DNA from: Octopus vulgaris
Taxonomy: Eukaryota
Assembly: GCA_951406725.2 (NCBI GenBank)
Contig: OX597823.1
Span: 95,232,001 to 95,296,000, forward strand
DNA: 64,000 nucleotides
Direction of reading: 5' to 3'
Below are positions 37,556 through 54,115 of the stretch, piece by piece (position 1 is the first letter of the stretch; each line of letters opens with the position of its first letter). The notes below the pieces were generated by a model that searched no databases, was not told the origin of the DNA, and worked only from the letters and a program-made list of their open reading frames with translations. A program made the translations under genes and the position numbers.

Positions 37556-38780
37556 TCAGGTCATCCCATAAGTTCTGTGCGAATTTTGAATAAAGAAAAC
37601 AAATGATCAAATATTATGTTTAATTGGAATTTAATCATCAATGTAAAACTCTTTTGGTTTCAAAGTGAAGAACTCTGAAATATCAGTTTCGACCTCCTCC
37701 TGGCTTTCGAAAGTTATGTCCCCCAAATGATTCTGTAAACTATGAAAGAAATGATTGTCTGAAGGAGCAAGGTGGGGAGAATAAGGTGGATGAGGAATTT
37801 TTCCAACCAAGCTCTTCGATCTTCTGTGATGTGATCTTTGCAGTGTAGGGTTGCACATTGTCCTGATAAAACATCACTCATTTTCAAATCACTAAAGCGG
37901 GTCTTTTTTTCTTCAAAGCTTGGTTCAAACGCTCTAATTGCTGACAGTAGACTTGAACATTGATTGTTGCATTAGGTGGCAACAATTCAAAGTGAATTAC
38001 TCTTTTGCAATCCAACCAGATAGAGAAAAGAACCTTTTTTCCATGAAGTTCCCTTCTCGGTTGTGGTTTAGATTTTTTTTCTTTTACCAACCCATTGTTT
38101 ACGACGTTTAACATTTCGATAGAAGATCCATTTTTCGTCACCAGTCATAAGTCTATCCAAAAAGGTTAAAATGAGTTCAGGACTATGGAGAGAAAAGCAG
38201 ATATCAACTCGGGATTTGCGGTTACTTTCGGACAATCCATGAGGCAACCATTTTCGAAGTTTAGGAACCTTTCCAAGTTGTTGAAGATAACGATGAACAG
38301 TCGTATGGTTTGAACTAAGCTTTATTGCTAATTATTCAACTGATAATGCAGGATTTTCTTCAAGTAATGTATCAAGGAGCTTATCGTCAAATTCAACTGG
38401 ACATCCCCTGTTCAATCTTCATCTTCAAGGCTGACATCTCCGCTTCTGAATTTTGCAAACCATCTTCTGCAAGTTCTTTCATTCAAGCATTCTTTCCCAT
38501 AAACTAAGTGTATGTTTCGAGTCGCTTCGGTTGCAGAATTTCCTTTTTCGTACTCATAAAGCACTATGCGCCTCAAATGATCTTTGGATACTTCCATGTT
38601 AGAAAGGGTTTTAATCAAAGAAATTTTAATTCTGTTACTCCGTAAAATAATGTTTAATTAGTTTAAATGTACAGAAATGCATAAAACTATTTTTAATTCC
38701 ATTAGACATTCTAAAATACTATTATACTTCATTCAATTTTAAAAAACCTAAAAACGGACAGAACTTATGGGATGACCTGA
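37556..38780 (-). mobile_element. Near full-length decayed mariner with TIRs and TA TSD
   Basis: TIRs tcaggtcatcccataagttctgt / acagaacttatgggatgacctga, TA on both sides; HLRRIVLYEY, RRWFAKFRSG, KVLFSIW and HPPYSPHLAPSD. Confidence 0.92.
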
Positions 38781-38850
<70 letters not shown>

Positions 38851-38881
38851 TGTGTGTGTGTGTGTGAGAGAGAGTATGATC

Positions 38882-39252
38882 TTTTATCTTTCACTTGTTT
38901 CAGTCATTAGAACCCGACCATGCTGAGGCACATCCTCGAAGCAGTTGTAGTCAAATGAATGGACCCTAGGACTCATTTTATAAAGCCTAATGCTTATTCT
39001 ATCGGTCACTTTAACTGAACTTCTAAGTTACAGGGACGTAAACACACCAGTTGTCGAGGAATGAGAGGAGACAAACACAGACAAATATAAAATGGATTTC
39101 TTTCAGTTTCATTTTACCAAATCCACTCACATGGCTTTGGTTGACCCGTGGTTATAATAGAAAATACTTGACCATGGTGCCACACGGTAGAGCTGAACCC
39201 AGAGCTATGTGGTTGGGAAGCAAACCTGTTACAAAACAGCCATGTCTGTGCC
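38882..39252 (-). mobile_element. tRNA-derived SINE (decayed)
   Basis: Same head and tail blocks as the 33.1-kb copy. Confidence 0.68.
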
Positions 39253-39842
39253 TGTTCAATATTAATTTTTTATAACTCTCAAACCAATACCAAACAGTTG
39301 GAAACCTGTCAAGTAACTTTGGTGGGTCGTCTGCTAAGCTCTTCATCGCCTCTGGTTTCAATGAATACATTATTCTTTCTTTCACTATTTCTTTTCAACT
39401 TGTATTTAAAAGAGACGTTGATTCAACATTATTTAAATCTTTGCCAATATCTGATTTAAATGGCTAAAGTAGACTAACTTGTGGATTGATATTATGCAGT
39501 TCTATGAATTTTAGTAAATGCACTTGGTATTCATAGGATAGGAACATTAAGTATGATTTAATGGGGTCCTTTTTTAGTTACGCACCATAGTACAATACTG
39601 GTAATTTTAAACGTGATCTTTGCCTTGAGGTATTATATAATTACTTCTAAATATCATTGAATTATAAAGGTAATTTTACAATGAAATGTTCTCACAAATA
39701 GAGAAGAGCATTTAAATACTTCGATTCTAAATAACTCATTAATTGTAATTGCTTTTCACATAATATGACACGCATATTTTTTCTAAAAATGTTAAGCATA
39801 TTTTATAGATAGGTAACTAATTGTGGTGACGTAGGATTTTTA

Positions 39843-41087
39843 TGAGGGGGTGCTGAAAATTTCTTGGCTTTGGGTAAAAGAAAATACAGAAGGGTCAGTT
39901 AATTGTGATGTTATACAACATATTCCCCCCTCACATTCACACACATATTGCAGCGGTCCTTCATTTTTTTAAACCCTGTAAATAGAAATCGAAATGTTGG
40001 GCCTCCAACCAAGCGTCTGTAGCAGCGATCACATTCGAATTGGAGTGAAATTTTGTTCCCTTGGGGACTTTCTTCAGTTGGAGAAGGAGGTGGTAGTCGG
40101 AGGGGGCCAAGCCAGGAGAGCAAGGAGAATGGACTACCTATTCGAAACCAAAGTCGCATATTTTCTGTAGTTTCATGTGTTGTGTATGCTGGTGCAAAGT
40201 CCTGCAAGAACAGGATATTACGGCTCAGCTTTCCACGGTGTTTCTGTTTCAAATCTTCATGTAGTTATTCCAACAGAGACATGTAGTAATCTGCATTTAT
40301 AGACGACCCTTTGGCTGGTATTTTATGAGGAGTGTTCCGTCTTTGTCCCAGAACACTGAGGCCATAATCTTTCCAGCTGACCTCTGGCTCCGAAACTTCT
40401 CGGAACGCAGTTAACTTATGTGGCACCAGTCCATTGATTGCTGCTTGGCATGGTGATCATATTGGTGATGCTAAGTTTCATCCATGGTGACTAAAAGAGC
40501 CGTAAATTTAGCCTCTCTCGCTGCAAACCGGTCCAAAATCGCCTTTGATGTTGTCGCTCTGTTGTGCTTCTGATCTGCGTTCAGGAATTTCGGCAACCAT
40601 TTCGCATAAGCTTCCTCATGTCCAGAATGTTGTGGATGATGTGGCCAACACTTTCGCGTGAAATCCCGAGAGTTTCAGCAATGACTTTAGCGGAAATCTG
40701 GCGGTCCTCGAGAATCATGACGTGTACAGCGTCGGCTTTGTCCTCTGTGGCCTCGGAAGGTGGTCGTCCTGATCGGGGTTCATCCGTAACCTCGAAAGGA
40801 TCAGCCTAAAAGCTTGACACCCAGCAGCCATCCTTCAAGATTTCTTTCCTCTTGCCATGGGTTTTCACTGCTCCTTTGCCTTGCAGAAAGAGGAATTTCA
40901 TAACCACCCGTGCTTCAATTTTACCAAACATCCACCGTAGGAGCTGTCACCATGAGTTAAATGTCCAAAAAAGAGAAAGATATAGTGTGTATACCATCGA
41001 AATGTTTTGCATATCTTCTAAATAGTTGTTGTACTTCCCCTGTGAAGTTAAGGGCTCTACACTTTCACTTTCAGAACTCCCTCCTAT
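39843..41087 (-). mobile_element. Decayed mariner element
   Basis: RGKLSRNILFLQDFAPAY and PRSGRPP; degenerate TIRs gagggggtgctgaaa / tttcagaactccctc. Confidence 0.78.
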
Positions 41088-41446
41088 ACACACACATTCA
41101 CACGTGTATGTCTTTATCTAGGTGTGTGTGTGTGTTTGTGTGTGTGTTTGTGTGTGTGTGTGTGTGCGTGTGTGTGTGTGTGTCTGTGTGTCTTTGTTCT
41201 CCACTAATGCTTGACAACTGGTGTGGGTGTCTTTATGTCCCTGTAACTTAGCAGTTCAAATAAAGAAATCAAAATAAAAGGTACCAAGCATAAAAATATA
41301 AATTTTAAAAAACAGATAGAAACAAAGCATATATAAATAAATATATACATACACACGCACACGCATTATGTAGGTAGGTAGGGTAAATCGCAGCTGTTTC
41401 CTCTTGAATCGCATCTGCTTATTCCATTATTACAATCCAGTATGAA

Positions 41447-41490
<44 letters not shown>

Positions 41491-41865
41491 GTTGTTGGTG
41501 GTGGTGGTGGTGGTGGTGGTGGTGGTGGTGGTGGTGGTGGTGGTGGTGGTGGTGGTGAGTTATATTATAACAAACCAGGAAGTCGGAATATTTTTTGGTA
41601 TTATTTATTCCCCATTACACATGTTTCGTTGGTGAATGGGAATTACAAAGTTTTACATGTTTGATAAACATGTCAGAGATTTCCTATTAGAAATTTTTCA
41701 GACAGAAAAGTGAATAATACAAAACTTACATTTGGCTGAAGCGTTTAAATAGATTTAATAAACAGGAGTTTTATAGGAAGTTGAGGTGAGAGGAAGGGAG
41801 AGCAAATTAAAAAGTGAAGAAAAGGGAAGAGAGAGTCACACACATACACACACGCAAGGAACAAT

Positions 41866-42482
41866 GTCATCTTCTGTGATGAATCCTCATTCACTATATT
41901 TTATAAATTTGGGGTAAGTTTATATCTAGAGACAGCGCAAAGAAGCCTTCAACACTGACTGCTTAGTCCCAGTTGTGAAGAATGAAAGTGGCTCTGTGAT
42001 TATTTAGGTAGCTAAAATATGAAATTCTCTTGGCACGACATGGCAGATTTAAAGCCTAGGATTATCGGAGTATTTTAGCTGGTCATATCCATCCAGTGGT
42101 GTAAATATTGTTCCCTGGTGGGAGCACAATCTTCCAGGGCAATAATGTGACAATTCAAAAGACTGTTATTCAGAATTGGTAAGAAGACCACAAAAATGAA
42201 GTAGACCACCCCTACAATCATTCCACCCTAATATAACTGAACGTTTATGATGCATTTTGGAGTAACAAGGGAGAAGTTGTTTCCTTCCACCATTGGTGTG
42301 GAAAGATCTAAAGAAGGTTTTATTTAAAGAATGGATCAAAATTCTCTTAACAACCATCCAGGACTTGTACAAGTCAATTCCTCAACATATTAAATCTGTG
42401 ATTAATGCCAAACATGGACCAATTCCATATTAAATAATAAAATTTCCATTTAATCCGGTCTTTCCATTATTTTATCCAAACT
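41866..42482 (+). mobile_element. Highly decayed Tc1 transposase DDE fragment
   Basis: Translated remnants FCDESSFT, PVVKNESGSV and IFQGNN. Confidence 0.55.
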
Positions 42483-42639
42483 CTTTTAGAGAAGCCAGAG
42501 AATGGATTATTGAAATTATGTACAGCTTAGTTAGCCATTCAAAGAATTATATTAAGGGTTCACATGCCTGTGAAATACCGAAAAGGGTTTTTTCTCTCTT
42601 TTACTAAAGACTTCTGTCTTTTATCTTTTTCTTTTTCAG

Positions 42640-42821
42640 CCCATCGATGGATGTTAACTGTCAGTTCGATATTAGGCCGTTTGTTTATCACTTCAGCTTT
42701 TGGAATCGTGTATTTATACACTTTGGAATTATATCCAACTTGTATAAGAAACGGTGCATTGGGGGTTTTGTCAACCTTTGCCCGTTTTGGTGGCGCTTTG
42801 GCACCTTACATTCTCAACTTT
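42640..42821 (+). CDS. SLC22 exon 8 (HRWMLTVSSILGRLF...ELYPTCIRNGALG...APYILNF)
   Basis: Acceptor ttttcag, donor gtaagt; ELYPT..R signature. Confidence 0.95.
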
Positions 42822-43515
42822 GTAAGTATTTATATTCTTTCTGACTTGCTATTTGTTTTGTTGTTCGTCCCTTTTGTTAGTCCATCCATCGTGGAACCAG
42901 CACAACTAGTAAAGAGACAGAGCTAGGCTTATCTTTCTATGGATTTACATAAAAACATACGAATAAAGAAATATTATCCATTAGACCAGGCACGATGGCT
43001 ATAAACATATTTGTTACCGTATTTGGGATGAAATACTCTGTATTTGTTTCAAAGAATTTAGTAAAATAACTAAGCCCTTTCTTACCACATTTCTGAAATA
43101 CACAGCCTTTGTTTTAATTAAATTTGAAATAACGAAGAATTTAGTGGAATAACTTTGTCATTATTAAGCTGCTACTTCAGGTGGCGAGCTGGCAGAATCA
43201 TTAACAGATTGGAACACAGATGTCAAATTAAGTACTTTTTCTCTAAATAATTTATTTTACTTTCAAACTTTTATGCTGGTTGTTTTTTTCCTAGCACTCC
43301 TTTACAATTCCCTTCTTGATGTTTCCATTGATTATTTATTTCCACTCATCTGACCAAACGGTTGTCATTTTCCGATTCCACACGTATTTATTTGTATTGT
43401 TGTTTCCTGAATGAATTTGCTTGCGCCTTCTATTTATCTGTCCTATGTCTTGATTTCATTTGTCGTCTGAGAGAAATTAGGTATTGTAATGGTTACTGAG
43501 AATATCCCTGCCCCC

Positions 43516-43549
<34 letters not shown>

Positions 43550-43567
43550 GTATATATATATATATAA

Positions 43568-43770
43568 AGTTAATCCAAACAAGAAAACACAAAAAAAAAC
43601 ACAACAACGCGAGGACGTGGAACAAATATAGTATTATTGGACGCTCAGGAAAGAAGGGAAGAAAGAGGGTTTAACGTTTCGAGCGGAGCTCTTCGTCGGA
43701 AACATAGGAGACGGAAAGATCCAGAGAAGGGAAGACAGAGGAAAAAAATCGCCAACGGTACACACGAGGT

Positions 43771-43773
<3 letters not shown>
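43568..43773 (-). mobile_element. ~205-bp HHR-bearing repeat, copy 2 (HHR at 43669-43703)
   Basis: Reverse complement of 11383-11587; here stem I gttt/aaac is perfect. Confidence 0.75.
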
Positions 43774-44608
<835 letters not shown>

Positions 44609-45759
44609 ACTGAAATGGATTAAGTGTTTCCTGACAGACAGATCTCAACATGTTGTAGTTGAAGGGGTAAAATCAAGCCCAGCCAAAGTCAGTAGTGGCG
44701 TTCCGCAAGGCACTGTGCTGGGCCCACTTCTTTTCATCATTTACATTAATGACATTAATGACATCATCAAGCACAGCAACATAAAAATCTTTGCAGATGA
44801 CTCCAAGCTACAGAAGGTCATAAATGAGGCGAGTGACCAGACATGCCTTCAGTCAGATCTACTGGCTGTTATCCAATGGGCAGAAAAAAACAATATGCTG
44901 CTGAACGAGGATAAATTTGAGCTAATCCACTTTGGAAAAGAGGATGCCCTGAAACTCCCATACTCCCTTCCTTCAGGTGAAACTCTCGCGGCGTCCAACA
45001 ACATCAGAGACTTGGGAGTAATTGTGGACAACAACGTAAGCTGGGCCACTCATATAAACACCAAAGTTGACATGGCCCGCAGAATGTGTTCCTGGATTCT
45101 CAGAACTTTCCAGTCGAGAGATATCCACACCATTATCCTTCTCTTCTCCACTTTTGCCCGACCCCACCTTGAATACTGTTGTCCACTGTGGTCTCCCCAC
45201 ACAATACAAGGTATCATAAAAGTCTAAGCACCTCAAAGGGCAATCACAAGAGAGATAGATGGCATGACAGGCCTCGACTATTGGGGTCGACTAGAAAAGC
45301 TAAAACTCTATTCTCTCCAACGTCGTCGTGAGCGCTACATCATCTGCATGATGTGGAAAATATTCCATCAGCATTGCCCAAATGATGTTGGCATCACCTT
45401 TAAGGTACATCCAAGGCTTGGGCCCCGTGCCATCCGCCCAAAACAAAAATCGCACTCTCGTCTCATAACAACAATACGGCACAATTATTTCACCTCAATT
45501 GGCCCCGCTCTCTTTAACATTACACCAAAACACATTAAAACAGAAACTGACCCTATAGGGTTCAAGAAGTCTTTGGACAGATTCCTTCAAGAAATCCCGG
45601 ATAAACCCCCTACACCCGGATATGTCTCTGTAAACAATAACTCTCTACTTGAGTGGGCCATAGTGCCCAAATTCTGACTTGAAAGACTTCACCAGGTGGT
45701 GCTATTAAGTTAGACATGGCCTGGGCCAATAATGGCCGAAACCTATCAAAGTATCAAAG
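44609..45759 (+). mobile_element. CR1/L2-group LINE family A, 5'-truncated
   Basis: [25 protein letters not shown] and [10 protein letters not shown]; one stop at 45225; tail (tatcaaag)2. Confidence 0.92.
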
Positions 45760-45953
45760 TATATATATATGTGTATATATGTATATGTATATATATGTGT
45801 ATATATGTATGTATGTGTATATGTGTATGTATGTATATATATATATATATGTGTATATAAGTATATATATGTATATGTATGTGTATATATGTATATGTAT
45901 GTGTATGTGTATATATATATGTATGTATATATGTGTATATATTTATTTATTTA

Positions 45954-45992
<39 letters not shown>

Positions 45993-46373
45993 TATAAATA
46001 TTTATACACATACATACTCATATATATGTGCATATATATATATGTGTATATATATGTATATGTGTGTGTATGTATATATGTATATATATATGCATTTACA
46101 CACATACATACTCATATATAGGTGCATATGTATGTTTTGTGGGTTCATTGTTTTCTGCTCCTTCACTAATTTCTGTCATTGAACTTTGTCTATTCTGGTT
46201 CCTCGCATCCATGGTTTTAACTGTCATATTAACGACAGTAATTATTTCAGTCAGATAGTTTTATGTTTTGAGCACAATTTCTAGAACCGCTGAAATCCGG
46301 GCCTAAAGAGCCGCCTCACAAACTGCACAGACACACGTACATATCAACTACTAAAATACATTTTTCATTGCAC

Positions 46374-46771
46374 TAACGACCTTAACATTAGCTTCAAGGT
46401 TCATCCAAGACTGGGACCACGGGCCATACGTCCCCTGCCCAATTCAAGATCACAACATACATGTACACTGCAACATAATTTCTTTTCCTCAACTGGCCCT
46501 GCCCTATTTAACATTGTCCCGAGGGAGATCAAAGAGGAAAAGGATCCCATCAACTTTAAACAGAGTCTGGATAGATTCCTTCAAAGAATACCAGATAAGC
46601 CACCCATAATTGGATACAACTCATCCAACAAGAACTCACTACTTGAACAAAACTTGACTTAAACAAAACTTGACTTAAACAGGATTCGAATAATCCTATC
46701 AGGTGGTGCTATTAAGTTAGACATGGCCTGGACCAATCTTTGGTCGAAACATATCTAAGTTTATCTAAGTT
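46374..46771 (+). mobile_element. CR1/L2-group LINE family B, 3' fragment
   Basis: FKVHPRLGPRAIRP...GPALFNIVP...FKQSLDRFLQRIPDKP; tail (tatctaagtt)2. Confidence 0.82.
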
Positions 46772-46779
46772 TATATATG

Positions 46780-46865
<86 letters not shown>

Positions 46866-46869
46866 TATA

Positions 46870-47126
46870 CTTTGATACTTTGATAGGTTTCGGCCATTAT
46901 TGGCCCAGGCCATGTCTAACTTAATAGCACCACCTGGTGAAGTCTTTCAAGTCAGAATTTGGGCACTATGGCCCACTCAAGTAGAGAGTTATTGTTTACA
47001 GAGACATATCCGGGTGTAGGGGGTTTATGCGGGATTTCTTGAAGGAATCTGTCCAAAGACTTCTTGAACCCTATAGGGTCAGTTTCTGTTTTAATGTGTT
47101 TTGGTGTAATGTTAAAGAGAGCGGGG
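46870..47126 (-). mobile_element. LINE family A, short 3' copy
   Basis: Near-identical to the 3' end of 44609-45759; TA arrays on both sides. Confidence 0.9.
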
Positions 47127-47208
47127 TATATATATGTATATATATATATATATATGTATATACATATATATATGTATATATATATATATATATGTATATA
47201 TATGTATG

Positions 47209-47261
<53 letters not shown>

Positions 47262-47263
<2 letters not shown>

Positions 47264-50200
47264 GTGTGTGTGATTGTGTATAGAAGAATATATTAATAAA
47301 AAGAATTCCAACCTTGTCTGATTTTCACGTTTTATTTACAATCTTATAATGATATATTATAAGATAATATATTATAATTGAATAAAATAAAATGAAATAG
47401 TAGAATGTTAAATATTCATTCTGATTGAACTAGTACTTTCATGCATTGAATTCTGCAATCTTCGGGTTCATGTAGTAGTGTTGACAGTCATGCTTCACAA
47501 TTTTTGACTGTAGCAAGATGAGTGATTCTGTGCTATAAATACAGCTGGGTAGGCTCCAGAGTGCTAGGTTTTGCAAACTGTATTCTGACCAATCAGTGTG
47601 TAGTATCACTCAATTACTTAAGCTGATTGGTTGGTTGAGCTGATTGGTTTAGGCATCACGCTTTGTTGGACAGGTCAAGAGTCCTGTATCTTGACCCTGG
47701 CCGAAGCAGCAATTGTTGGGTTATTTTTAGAAATGTTGTAAATATCCTTTGTCAGAGATTTTTATATTTTTATATTTCAATTGTCATCATCATCATTGTC
47801 AGCACCTTAATTATTGTTGCTAGTGGTGATGGTGGTGGCAATAGAACTTTTAACCCTAAATAAGATAATTTTCCTGCTATCTTCGTCTTGATCACCTTTA
47901 GTATTGTTGTTGTTGTTAGTGGTCATGGTCGTAGCAGTGGAAGTAATACCTCTAAGTATTATTATTATTGCTTATTTAGCTTGGGTTCGAATTTATCAAT
48001 AAAATTCTTTTCTCTGATTTTCCTCTCGATTTCACTTGGGCTGTGTAATTTGTAGAATGGAAATATTATATATATTTTCCGACCACATGTTGCTAGGTGG
48101 TTACTCAAAGGTATCTGACGGACCTCTGGGTCTCTAATCTGTTGCCGGTGTACACGTGAGCGTTCTAATAGTGCGTTTCCCGTCTGACCTACATATATTT
48201 CTTCACAATTTGGGCATTTGATGCAGTAAATTAAATTTCTGCTTTTGCAGTTCATATTCGCGTTTGTGAATATTTTCCCGGTTTTTGTGTTTATATATTG
48301 ACCGGTATGTATGAATTGGCATGTGCCACATCGGCTATCATTGCATTTAGATACCGTGAATGTTTGGTCTTTGTTGCTGAGGTCAAATTTTGCCTTTGTT
48401 AGTAATGTTTTCAAGTTTTTAGGCTGTCTTTTACTAAGCACCATAGCTCGATCCTTGATTATGTCTTTTAATTCATTACTTTGGGCAATGATTGGTAGGT
48501 TTGCTTTGGCAATGTTGAAGATATTCTGGTGACATGGGTTGTGTGTCACTATGAATGGTATGACTTGTTCTTGTTTTCCTCTTCCTTGGGTTGTCCTAAG
48601 TTGTTGTATAGGTATTTTTATAGCCCGCTGTATGCCATTTTCTATAAGTAGAGATGGGTATTTTTGTTTGAGCAAAAATTCTCTTAGTTCTATTAGGCGT
48701 TTGTTCCTGATATTTGCATCTTCTACAATAGTACAAATTCTTCTGGCTAGGCAGTATGGGATGTTACGTTTTGTATGTGGTGGATGGCACGACTTAAAAT
48801 TTAGGTATTGATGTGTGTCTGTGTGTTTATAGTATATATCTGTGGTGATGGTGGTGTCTTTTTTAATTACCATTATATCCAGGAATGGTAATTTGGTACT
48901 ACTCATCTCCTTTGTAAATTTGAGAGATGGGTGTAGGTTGTTCAGGAGGATATTGAACTCTTCCAGAGTATTTAGAGATTCTGTCCAGATTATGAAACAG
49001 TCGTCTAGGTATCTCTTCCATGCCTTTTCAATATACTTTCTAAATCCAGTGCCATAGTTTACCTCCACCTCTTGGTAGAGTTGTTCTTCTAAGTATCCCA
49101 TTACAGAGTTGGCGTAAACGGGAGCAAACCTCGTTCCCATCGCCGTGCCTCTAATTTGGATGTAATTCTTTCCATTGAAGAAGAATGTGTTATTTTCTAG
49201 AATAAGTTTGACTGTGTCTAATATAAATGGCACTGTGAATCTGCTGGGAATCACTTCTCTATGTTTTTCTAACCAGTATTTAATCGCCTTTATTCCTAAA
49301 TCGTGTGGAATATTGGTGTAGAGGCTTACCACATCAAAACTTAGCAAAACTGAATTTGTTTCTGTTGTTTTGGGAAGATGGGACAGGAAGTCGATGTCAT
49401 CCCTGATGAAACTTGGTATGTAAGTACATAGTGGTTTCAAAACAATGTCAATAAAATTGCTTAGACGGTGTGTAGGGCATGCTGGACCAGCTATAATAGG
49501 TCTAAGTTTTAGGTCTTTTGGATGTAATAATTTTATGTACTCACTTTCTTGTTCTTTTACTGCCTGTTGAATGTTTTTTGATTTGTGTATTTTTGGTAAG
49601 CCGTAGAAGTTGCTGGGTTTTGGTTCAAAATTGGTGATGTAGTCTTTTTCATTATCCGTAAGTGAGTTGTGGTGTGTTGAAATCAGGTTGTTGATCTTTT
49701 TCATGATGTGGTGGTCTATATTTGCGGGTATTTCACAATAGAAGGTTGTATCCTTCAGTTGGTCTTCAACCAAATCCTTATAGTATTCGGTATCCATAAT
49801 AACAATTGCACCACCTTTATCTGCTTGTTTAATTATTATTGTTTGATCGTTTTGTATACGTTTACATGCAGACATCTCTGATTTGCTAATGTTTGGCCTA
49901 ACATTGGTATTGCGTCTAAGGGGAAATTTAGACAGGATATCAATGTATTGGTCAAGGTAGTTATTTCTTCCTTTTGGTGGGGTGAAATTTGATTTATTCC
50001 TTACTAGGGATTCATCAATCTCATTACTTTTGTTAGCGAAGAATTCTACAAGTCGTAATTTTCGACAGAATTTTTGGATATCCTCCTTTAATTCTTGGTG
50101 GTTGGCTGTTGGTGTAGGTGTGAATTTCAGTCCTTTTGACAGAAGTTGGATTTCATCATTGTCAAGATCTCTTTTTGATAAATTAATTATTTTAGGATCT

Positions 50201-50805
50201 ATACGTTCAGTTGTTTGGGGTATGTTTCCTCTTGGATTTTTTCTTTCTCCGGTGTTTGTTGTCCTGACGTAAAAAAATGGATTTTTTTCTGGTTATGATT
50301 TATATTCCTGTTGATGTTTGCTTGATGAATTTTGCGTTTTGGTTGTGGTACTTTACTTGGTTTCGTTATGTTTTCTGTCTTGTTTTTGGTATTATGTATG
50401 CTACTTTTCAATTTCTTGTTAGCATTGTTTTTAACCACCTGGAGAAATGATCTGGGTTTACTTCTAGATCTAGATCGGTTTTTTGTCCAGTTTCTTGTGG
50501 GTAATCTCTGTTGAGGTCTTGAAAATGATCTCCTGTTATTTCTACTGCTAATGGTCTGTTCAAAACAATATCTATTTTGTTTGTGCTTTTTGTTCATGTT
50601 GTGTGCATTAGGGTGTTTGCATACAAAATGGGAAGAGTTCTTACCGTAGTTCGTCTTCGATTCGTGGTGAAACGGGTGTTCATGTTGCCACGTGTTCTGG
50701 TGTATGTTGCGTTGGTGAGGTTGTCCACTTTTAATGCTATTTCTCGGAGTTCTGGTGTCTTTACCGTAATTTGTAGCATATTTGTCGAGAAATAATTGTT
50801 TCCGC
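47262..50805 (-). mobile_element. Penelope-like retroelement (Neptune/Naiad-type linker), 5'-truncated, with an open RT + GIY-YIG frame
   Basis: ORF 47965-49875, open upstream to ~50290 (IINLS, LLSKGLKFTP, ADKGG, YGLPKIHK, AMGT, RYLDD, PFLD, CxxxxCxxC, LIYCIKC...YVGQTG); basic upstream ORF; HHR in the 3' region. Confidence 0.93.
47426..47470 (-). ncRNA. PLE-associated minimal type I hammerhead motif
   Basis: Minus strand: tgaac-CCGAAGA-t-tgca(gaattcaa)tgca-t-GAAA-gta-CTA-gttca; 5-bp stem I, palindromic stem III agtact; same strand as the RT. Confidence 0.75.
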
Positions 50806-50819
50806 TATATATATATATG

Positions 50820-50870
<51 letters not shown>

Positions 50871-50877
50871 GTATATA

Positions 50878-50930
<53 letters not shown>

Positions 50931-51045
50931 GTATATATATATATGTATATATATATGTATATATATATGTATATATATATATGTATGTATATATGTATAT
51001 ATATATGTATGTATATATATATGTATATATATATATGTATATATG

Positions 51046-53510
<2,465 letters not shown>

Positions 53511-53561
53511 ATATATATATATATATAGATATACATGGGTATATATATATATATGTCCGTG

Positions 53562-53813
<252 letters not shown>

Positions 53814-53951
53814 TGTATGTATGTATATATATATGTATGTATATATATATATGTATGTATATATATATGTATGTATGTATATATATATGTATGTATATAT
53901 ATATATATGTATGTATATATATATGTATGTATATATATATATATGTATGTA

Positions 53952-53982
<31 letters not shown>

Positions 53983-54115
53983 ATATATATATTGTTATAT
54001 ATATATATATATATATAGGTTATATATATATATATATATATGTATATTATATATATGATATATATTATGTATATATATATGTATAATATATATATATATT
54101 ATGTATATATATATA

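Noticed and set aside
41613-41705. Possible long-stem hammerhead on the minus strand (ctgaaaa...cgaaacatgtgta)
   Set aside because: The core lacks G8 without compensation, and stems I and II pair poorly; too degenerate to call.
45715-45745. Hairpin followed by GAAAC at LINE 3' ends, suggesting a ribozyme
   Set aside because: There is no CUGANGA upstream; it is better explained as the LINE 3' recognition stem-loop.
47965-49875. Selenoprotein-type (in-frame TGA) Naiad element
   Set aside because: The RT-GIY-YIG frame has no internal TGA.
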